Source of the DNA: Promethearchaeota archaeon
GTDB lineage: Archaea; Asgardarchaeota; Lokiarchaeia; Sigyniarchaeales; SOKP01
NCBI GenBank assembly: GCA_016839765.1
Contig: JAEOTP010000029.1
Location: 1-44,232 of the forward strand
Direction of reading: 5' to 3'
Length of the DNA: 44,232 bases
The notes under the pieces were generated by a model. It ran no database searches and was not told where the DNA came from. It saw nothing but the letters and a program-made list of their open reading frames with translations. Below, one piece after another: positions 37,606-44,232 of the stretch (the stretch's first letter is position 1; every line of letters starts with the position of its first letter). The position numbers were made by a program, and so were the translations under genes.

Positions 37606-39126
37606 ATGACTATTAATAAAATCGGTTTTGATAACGAGAAGTATTTAAAAGAACAATCTAAGAGTATCTTAGATCGAGCAGCTCAATTTGGAAATAAATT
37701 ATACCTTGAATTCGGAGGTAAACTGGTATGTGATTATCATGCTTCACGAGTTCTCCCAGGATTCGATCCCTATGTAAAAATGAAGCTTTTAAAGGTTCTT
37801 AAAGATAAAATTGAAGTGATAATTTGTATATATTCTGGAGATATAGAACGAAGGAAGATTCGTGCAGATTTTGGTATAACTTATGACACCAATGCATTGA
37901 AATTAATCGATGATCTTCGCGAAGGGGGAATTAATGTATGTGCAGTGGTGGTGACACGTTATAATAGACAGCAAATAGTGCAACAATTTATGAATAAACT
38001 GGAACGTCGCAATATTAGAGTATATACGCATAATCTTATTAGGGGATATCCCACAAATATTGATGTAATCATTAGTGATGAGGGTTACGGTACAAATCCT
38101 TATATCCAAACATCTAAACCTATAATCGTTGTTACTGCGCCTGGACCCGGTAGCGGGAAGCTAGCAACTTGTCTATCTCAAATATATCATGAGCATATAA
38201 GGGGGATCGAAGCAGGGTATGCAAAATTTGAAACTTTTCCAATTTGGAATTTACCATTAAAACACCCCGTAAATTTAGCATATGAATCAGCCACTGCTGA
38301 TCTTGGGGATTTTAATCAAGTAGATCCTTTTCATCTTGAAGCTTATAATATAACGGCAATAAATTATAACAGAGATATAGAGATTTTTCCGGTGGTTAAG
38401 AAAATTATGCAAAGGATTATGAACAGCAAATTAATATATAAATCACCTACAGATATGGGTGTAAATAAAGCGGGTTTTGCTATAATTAACGATGATCTAG
38501 TCCAACAAGCAGCAAAACAGGAGTTGATCAGAAGATATTTACGATATAGTTGTGAATATGTAATGGGGGTCTCAGATAAAAAAACTGTTCAGAGAGCGGA
38601 GTTGTTGATGAAAGAATTGAATCTCACAGTATTAGATCGAGAAGTGGTAAAAAAGGCCCGGCAAGCGTCCATAGATGCTAAAATGAAAGGTAAAGGCAAT
38701 GAAGGTGTATTTGCTGGAGCTGCTTTACAATTGAGGAATGGAAAAATAATAACTGGAAGTAATTCTCCACTAATGCATGCCGCTTCCAGTTTAATTTTAA
38801 ATACCATTAAAGAATTAGCTGAGATTCCTAAAAATATCCATCTTCTTTCTCCTAATATTTTACAATCCATAAGTTTTTTAAAATCTGAGATTTTCAGCTC
38901 TAAGCGATTAAGTCTTAATCTTGAAGAAACTCTTATCGCCTTAAGTATTAGTGCTGATTTCAATCATTCTGCCAAAGTTGCTATAGAAAAACTCAAGGAA
39001 CTTTACGGTTGCGAAATGCATTCAACACACATACCAACTCCAGGAGATGAAGCTGGTTTGAGAAGATTAGGACTTAATATAACCTCGGATCCAAATTTTT
39101 CATCAAAAAGTCTATTTATAACCTAA
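37606..39126 (+). CDS. DUF1846/UPF0371 family protein
   Basis: GFDNEKYL, KLYLEFGGKL..D.HASRVLPGF, APGPGSGKLATC, GYAKFETFPIWN, NYNRD, SPTDMGVN. Confidence 0.92.
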   Translation: MTINKIGFDNEKYLKEQSKSILDRAAQFGNKLYLEFGGKLVCDYHASRVLPGFDPYVKMKLLKVLKDKIEVIICIYSGDIERRKIRADFGITYDTNALKLIDDLREGGINVCAVVVTRYNRQQIVQQFMNKLERRNIRVYTHNLIRGYPTNIDVIISDEGYGTNPYIQTSKPIIVVTAPGPGSGKLATCLSQIYHEHIRGIEAGYAKFETFPIWNLPLKHPVNLAYESATADLGDFNQVDPFHLEAYNITAINYNRDIEIFPVVKKIMQRIMNSKLIYKSPTDMGVNKAGFAIINDDLVQQAAKQELIRRYLRYSCEYVMGVSDKKTVQRAELLMKELNLTVLDREVVKKARQASIDAKMKGKGNEGVFAGAALQLRNGKIITGSNSPLMHAASSLILNTIKELAEIPKNIHLLSPNILQSISFLKSEIFSSKRLSLNLEETLIALSISADFNHSAKVAIEKLKELYGCEMHSTHIPTPGDEAGLRRLGLNITSDPNFSSKSLFIT

Positions 39127-39236
39127 TCTTATCATTTATTGGTTTTATTTTAATCTCGAAATTCTTATTAAATGTGTTTTATATTTAATATTTTTAATTT
39201 GAATTTTATGAATAATTAAAGTTTGGATTGATTTAG

Positions 39237-40946
39237 ATGAATAACAAAAATACAGAAAAATCATCATATATGGATGCTAAGATGGTATTCGTAACTGGAG
39301 GAGTCATGAGTGGAATTGGGAAAGGGGTAGTCACTGCTAGCATAGGAAAGGTCCTCCAATTTCGAGGATTTAAAGTCTCTGTTGTAAAAATAGACCCTTA
39401 TCTTAATGTAGATCCCGGAACTCTTAATCCTGTAGAACATGGTGAATGTTTTATTACAGAAGATGTATTGGACTTTAAACCTGTCCCTGATTCAGATGAA
39501 CGATCTTATAAAATTTCTGAAATTGACCAAGATTTTGGGACATACAGTAGATTTTTAGGTATAGAGATGCATCCTTCTCATAACATTACTTCAGGTCAAA
39601 TTTATCTTACAACGATTCTAAGTGAAAGGAAGGGTCGATTTTTGGGCAAAACTGTTCAATTGATTCCGCATGTAACTGATATAATTAAGCATAGATTAAT
39701 GGAAATAGCAGAAATTGAAGATTTGGATGTATTATTAATTGAATGTGGAGGAACTGTAGGGGATTTAGAATCTAGTATTTTTTTAGAAGCATTTCGTCAA
39801 ATGAAGTTGGAATTCCCAAAACATACTGCTTTTGTTCACGTGACATTAATTCCTTATTCTAGTGCTGTAGGACAACAAAAATCGAAACCAACTCAGCATT
39901 CTGTTAAAACGCTTCAGAGTATGGGACTACAACCAGACATTATAATTGGGAGAAGTGAAAAACCATTAGATTCAGATATTAGAAGAAAAATTTCTTTATA
40001 TTCTAATGTTCCAGGAAATGCGGTATTTTCTAATCCTGACCTAGAAATCGTTTATGAATTACCACTTCTATTTGAAAAGCAAGGATTAGGAGATATTATA
40101 TGTGAATTAATTGATTTGAAAGCAAAACTAGTCTCTTATAGTGAAGTAACAAATTACTCTGAATGGGTAAAAATGGTTGAGATGTATAAGAATGCTACTA
40201 AAAAAATAAAAATAGGAATGCCCGGGAAATATTTCAACATTTCTGATTCTTACATTTCTATAAATAATGCGTTAGAGCATGCTGCAGCTCATCAAGGATA
40301 CAAACCTGAATTAAAAATGATAAATATAACAGAGGAAACGGATATTGAAAAGGAATTGAGTGATTGTAATGGTATTTTACTTACTCCTGGTTTTGGAGAA
40401 AGGGCAGTGGAAGGAATGATTCATTCTGCTGAATATGCCATGGAAAAGAAAGTACCTTTTCTCGGAATATGCTTTGGAGCTCAGTTGTTTTATATTGCTT
40501 TTTGTAGAAAATATTTAGGATTAAAAGGAGCACATTCAACTGAAATAGATCCGAATACACCTTATCCAGTAGTAGATTTGCTAGAAAGTCAAAAGGAAGT
40601 GACTGAAAAAGGAGGGAGTATGAGATTAGGGGCTCAAAAAATTATCATAGAACCTGATACTAGACTTTTTAATACATATCAAAAAAAAGAGATATTTGAA
40701 CGATTCAGACATAGATTTCATATAAAAGAGAGGTTTATTACGGATGAAGCTAAGCAAAAAGGGATGGTTGTTTCAAGTAGAGATGAAACAGGAAAAATAA
40801 TTAATAGTATTGAGTTAAATCGGAAAGATCATTGGATGGTAGGTACACAATTTCACCCAGAGTTTAAATCGCGTCCATATAATCCTTCTCCCATTTATAC
40901 TGATTTTATAAAGGCATGTATTGCTATAAGAATGAGTAATAAGTAA
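39237..40946 (+). CDS. pyrG: CTP synthase
   Basis: FVTGGVMSGIGKG, KIDPYLNVDPGT, GGTVGD, KSKPTQHS, GATase GICFG and QFHPE. Alternative start ATG 39270. Confidence 0.96.
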   Translation: MNNKNTEKSSYMDAKMVFVTGGVMSGIGKGVVTASIGKVLQFRGFKVSVVKIDPYLNVDPGTLNPVEHGECFITEDVLDFKPVPDSDERSYKISEIDQDFGTYSRFLGIEMHPSHNITSGQIYLTTILSERKGRFLGKTVQLIPHVTDIIKHRLMEIAEIEDLDVLLIECGGTVGDLESSIFLEAFRQMKLEFPKHTAFVHVTLIPYSSAVGQQKSKPTQHSVKTLQSMGLQPDIIIGRSEKPLDSDIRRKISLYSNVPGNAVFSNPDLEIVYELPLLFEKQGLGDIICELIDLKAKLVSYSEVTNYSEWVKMVEMYKNATKKIKIGMPGKYFNISDSYISINNALEHAAAHQGYKPELKMINITEETDIEKELSDCNGILLTPGFGERAVEGMIHSAEYAMEKKVPFLGICFGAQLFYIAFCRKYLGLKGAHSTEIDPNTPYPVVDLLESQKEVTEKGGSMRLGAQKIIIEPDTRLFNTYQKKEIFERFRHRFHIKERFITDEAKQKGMVVSSRDETGKIINSIELNRKDHWMVGTQFHPEFKSRPYNPSPIYTDFIKACIAIRMSNK

Positions 40947-41071
40947 ATTTAGAAAGTGTCAGAGAGATATTAATAAGCTATGAGGAAATAATTTACAATT
41001 ATTAGAGTTATTTTTAATAACTAAACGATTTTTTATTAAATAGTTAAAAATTAAAAATTTAGATTATAAAA

Positions 41072-42517
41072 ATGACATTAAAAACCCCTGAAGAGTATTT
41101 AGAAAGTATAAAACGTCCAGTAAACTTATATTTGTTTGGCGAAAAAGTTGAGGAATTTTGGAATCATCCTATTATAAAACCCTCAATTAATACTGTAATG
41201 AAAATTTATGAATTAGCTCAAATGGAAGAATATAAAGATTTAATGACGGCAAAATCACATTTAACAGGTGAAATAATTAATCGATTCACCCATATTCACC
41301 AATCCACAGAGGATTTGATTAAAAAAGTTAAGATGCAAAGATTATTGGGGCAATATACGGCCTGTTGTTTCCAACGATGTGTTGGTTTTGATACGGCAAA
41401 TGCTTTATACAGTGTAACTTATGAAATGGATAAAAAGTATGGTACTAATTACCATGAACGATTTAAAAAATATTGGATCGAAGTTCAACGGCAAGATCTT
41501 ATGGTAGATGGAGCAATGACAGATACAAAGGGAGACCGAAGTAAACGACCTAAAGATCAACCAGACCCTGATGCATATCTGCATATTGTTGACGAGAATG
41601 ATGATGGTATTATAGTACGGGGTGCAAAAGTTCATCAGACAGGATTTCTTAATTCTCATCGGGCGATAATTATGCCCACTCTCTCATTAAGGACCGGTGA
41701 AGAGGATTATGCTGTTAGTTTTGGAATTGATACAAACCAAAGAGGAATTACATTAATATATGGAAGGCAGTCCTGTGATACTCGAAAAATAGAAGAAGGT
41801 AAATTAGATATCGGAAATTTTAAGTATGGTGGACAAGAAATTTTCGTAGTGTTTGATAATGTCTTTGTACCTAAAGATAATATCTTTATGAAGGGTGAAA
41901 TCGAATTCTCTGGAGAATTAGTAAATCGGTTTGCCGGATTTCATCGACAATCTTATGGAGGATGTAAAGTAGGAGTTGGGGATGTGCTTATAGGAGCTAC
42001 AGCTCTAATTTCAGAATATAATGGAACTGAAAAAGCATCTCATGTAAGGGATAAGCTTGTTGAGATGACACATTTAAATGAAACCTTATACAGTTGTGGT
42101 GTAGCTTGTAGCTCATTAGGATTTCAAAGAGAAGCCGGAAATTATGAAATGGATATGTTATTGGCAAATGTCTGTAAACAAAATGTTACACGATTTCCTT
42201 ACGAAATAGGAAGGCTCGCTGAAGATCTAGCTGGAGGGATGATTTGTACAATGCCCTCTGAAGAGGACCTTAGATCGGAAGAAATTGGACCATTAATTGA
42301 AAAGTATTTGACTACATGTGAGGGAATTTGTGCTGAAGATAGATATAAAGTATTACGTTTTATTGAGAACTTAACCATGGGTGTTGCATCTGTGAGTTAT
42401 AGAACAGAATCAATGCATGGTGCGGGCTCACCTCAAGCTCAAAGAATTATGATATCTAGACAAGCGAATTTAGAAGAGAAAAAGAAGCTAGTAAAAAAGA
42501 TACTTGAAATTGAATGA
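41072..42517 (+). CDS. abfD: 4-hydroxybutyryl-CoA dehydratase/vinylacetyl-CoA delta-isomerase
   Basis: CFQRC, MTDTKGDRS, GGQE, HRQSYGGCK, TESMHGAGSPQAQR: the full canonical motif set. Confidence 0.93.
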   Translation: MTLKTPEEYLESIKRPVNLYLFGEKVEEFWNHPIIKPSINTVMKIYELAQMEEYKDLMTAKSHLTGEIINRFTHIHQSTEDLIKKVKMQRLLGQYTACCFQRCVGFDTANALYSVTYEMDKKYGTNYHERFKKYWIEVQRQDLMVDGAMTDTKGDRSKRPKDQPDPDAYLHIVDENDDGIIVRGAKVHQTGFLNSHRAIIMPTLSLRTGEEDYAVSFGIDTNQRGITLIYGRQSCDTRKIEEGKLDIGNFKYGGQEIFVVFDNVFVPKDNIFMKGEIEFSGELVNRFAGFHRQSYGGCKVGVGDVLIGATALISEYNGTEKASHVRDKLVEMTHLNETLYSCGVACSSLGFQREAGNYEMDMLLANVCKQNVTRFPYEIGRLAEDLAGGMICTMPSEEDLRSEEIGPLIEKYLTTCEGICAEDRYKVLRFIENLTMGVASVSYRTESMHGAGSPQAQRIMISRQANLEEKKKLVKKILEIE

Positions 42518-42654
42518 ATTTAATTTAAAGCATTTATTTTAAAATCCTTCATCAACTTCTATTAGATGGATATTTATTGAAATTAATTTTTACTAATTTT
42601 GGAATAAAATACTTATTAAGAACTATAACAAATTAAAATTATTATATTCAAGAT

Positions 42655-42686
42655 ACAAACAAACAAAACAAACAAACAAAAAAAAA
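42655..42686 (+). repeat. Short (ACAA)n/poly-A low-complexity tract
   Basis: ACAAACAAACAAAACAAACAAACAAAAAAAAA, about 20 nt upstream of ATG 42705. Confidence 0.6.
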
Positions 42687-42704
42687 TTATTCTAGGTTTT
42701 AAAT

Positions 42705-43841
42705 ATGGCAAATGACTTTAAAGAAGAATACCGGAAAGCCGCTAATATAATAAATAAAGCAGGAGGATTTCCTTATCCAATTACAAAAACTATGCTTAAT
42801 ATTTTGAAGTTCAATATAAAAGAAGAAAACTTGGATCTCGTGATGGCATTCAAGGATAATATTTCACAGACAATGGAACAACTTAAAGAAAGCAGTGGAT
42901 TATCTGAGGAAGAAATTTTAAAAAAGGCTGATGCTCTTGCAAAGAAAGGTGTGTTATTCAATCAACCAAGTAGTAAAGGTATTATGGTTTATCGATTACT
43001 ACCAATTGCAAGACAATTTGAATATACTTTCATGAAAAAACTTGATAAAACTGGAGAAAATAATCAGTATGCAAAATTATTTCATAATTTTAATGAAGAA
43101 GTAAGAGATCTTGTTCAGTCAAATTACGAGAGATTTAAATCAACAATAAATGGTTTGCCGCCTACAGATAGAACTGTCCCAATCTTGGAGAACCAAGAAA
43201 CAGGTGAAGAACTTGAAATTATTGTAAATAAAGAATTAGAAGTTCCTATAGAAAAACTATTACCTACTCAAAGAATTAAAGAGTTAATTGAAAAATATGA
43301 TGATATAGCAGTAGGTTATTGTTATTGCAGGCAACATAATGAGTTTTTAGGTAAACCGTGCAAACTAATTGAACTTACGCCGAGTTGTTTTACTCTAGGC
43401 AAGTCTGCTAGACATACTTCAAACCATGGCTTCTCAACTTTAATATCCAAGGAGGAGGCATTAAAAGTATTGAAGAAGTGTGAAGAAGCTGGATTAGTTC
43501 ATAAAGCATATCATTTACATAGCGATACTAAAAAAGAGGAAGTAGCAATTTGTAATTGTTGTAGTTGTTGTTGTTTAAATGCTAGAGAGGGCTTAATTTT
43601 TCCCACAGCTAATGCAACCAATTACCTAGCCAGTATAGATCATAATTTATGCATAGGATGTGGCACATGTGTTAAGAAATGTTATAACAAAGCAATTGAA
43701 TTAAATGATGATAATAAAGCAGAAAGATTTGAAGAATTTTGTGTCGGATGTGGTGTTTGTGCATATTTCTGCCCCGAAAATGCGATATCTCTTATTGAAA
43801 GTCCAAGAATAGTAAGAATGCTCCCTCCAAAAATAAAATAA
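42705..43841 (+). CDS. 4Fe-4S dicluster protein with N-terminal wHTH-like region and Cys-rich middle domain
   Basis: CYCR, CNCCSCCC, CIGCGTCVKKC, CVGCGVCAYFCP. Confidence 0.88.
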   Translation: MANDFKEEYRKAANIINKAGGFPYPITKTMLNILKFNIKEENLDLVMAFKDNISQTMEQLKESSGLSEEEILKKADALAKKGVLFNQPSSKGIMVYRLLPIARQFEYTFMKKLDKTGENNQYAKLFHNFNEEVRDLVQSNYERFKSTINGLPPTDRTVPILENQETGEELEIIVNKELEVPIEKLLPTQRIKELIEKYDDIAVGYCYCRQHNEFLGKPCKLIELTPSCFTLGKSARHTSNHGFSTLISKEEALKVLKKCEEAGLVHKAYHLHSDTKKEEVAICNCCSCCCLNAREGLIFPTANATNYLASIDHNLCIGCGTCVKKCYNKAIELNDDNKAERFEEFCVGCGVCAYFCPENAISLIESPRIVRMLPPKIK

Positions 43842-43896
43842 AAAAATTACTTTTTTCTTTTTATTTTAAAATTAATCTACAAATGTTTATATGATA

Positions 43897-44232
43897 TTAT
43901 TCTACTAAAGCATAGGCATTTCCAAGAACTACTGCTCTTTCTGTTTTTACTTGAATTATATAGCGTTCATTATCTTTCCAACCTTCTATATTTAAAGTTT
44001 CTCCGGGATATACTTCACTTGTAAATCGCGCTTTGAATTCTTTTAAGCGCTCCACCTTTCCATTACAGGCACCATAAATTATAGCACGTGTTGCGAATCC
44101 ATACGTACATAGACCATGGAGAATTGGGCCCTTAAATTGCCCACTTCTACTGGCAAATTCAGGATCTATATGTAAAGGGTTTAAATCACCATTAAGCCTA
44201 TACAAAGCAGCTTGATTTTCGTTAGTTTTATA
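43897..44232 (-). CDS. MaoC-family (R)-specific enoyl-CoA hydratase, MFE-2 hydratase-2-like; 5' end beyond the window
   Basis: YRLNGDLNPLHIDP and PILHGLCTYG. The frame is open to the right edge. Confidence 0.92.
   Translation of the reverse strand, partial: YKTNENQAALYRLNGDLNPLHIDPEFASRSGQFKGPILHGLCTYGFATRAIIYGACNGKVERLKEFKARFTSEVYPGETLNIEGWKDNERYIIQVKTERAVVLGNAYALVE

Noticed and set aside
5833-42517. Selenocysteine read-through at TGA stops (e.g. WD40-TIR, Rab GTPase, Zn-dehydrogenase, abfD)
   Set aside because: Each TGA falls at the expected protein end, not at a Cys-equivalent position, and no continuing domain follows.
26101-42517. Autotrophic 4-hydroxybutyrate carbon-fixation cycle inferred from abfD
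   Set aside because: No other diagnostic cycle enzymes are in the window and the context is catabolic acyl-CoA metabolism.
2483-42961. Short overlapping or antisense ORFs in the track (e.g. 2483..2815, 3639..3875, 4093..4290, 5190..5501, 7964..8176, 8822..9151, 9857..10180, 10448..10672, 19730..19942, 22243..22558, 23120..23449, 26460..26645, 27109..27306, 29120..29308, 35837..36052, 36788..37000, 37903..38109, 38589..38963, 41405..41659, 42773..42961)
   Set aside because: All lie within or opposite well-supported genes and show no recognisable motifs; they are typical shadow ORFs.
1-44232. CRISPR array, tRNA/rRNA, transposase, integrase or prophage
   Set aside because: I saw no repeat-spacer periodicity, no GC-rich structured RNA-like islands and no mobile-element proteins. 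A covariance-model scan was not possible.

Overview
AT-rich (roughly 30% GC by eye), gene-dense archaeal chromosomal segment. It is most likely from an Asgard archaeon of the Lokiarchaeia (inference from a Rab-like GTPase, WD40-TIR and HEAT/LRR proteins, GGTGA-type Shine-Dalgarno motifs, oligo-T terminators and many acyl-CoA enzymes). It holds about 38 CDSs, two of them cut by the window edges: an ABC exporter/membrane-protein/wHTH operon, a 21-repeat WD40-TIR protein, an eIF2B-like protein, a 2-oxoacid:ferredoxin oxidoreductase operon, a Rab-like GTPase with a TrmB-like partner, two 4-hydroxybutyryl-CoA dehydratase paralogs, an acyl-CoA catabolic cluster, DUF1846 and CTP synthase. I found no rRNA, tRNA, CRISPR array or transposase. 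The three most striking signals are: (1) a circularly permuted oxidoreductase beta subunit whose TPP-binding motif is split between the two ends of the chain; (2) up to six genes whose N-termini appear to start at near-cognate codons (ATT, ACG, CTG, ATA) placed just behind SD motifs; (3) a triple-propeller WD40-TIR candidate immune sensor carrying a near-identical 53-nt internal repeat. All family calls come from motif recognition by eye, with no database search.
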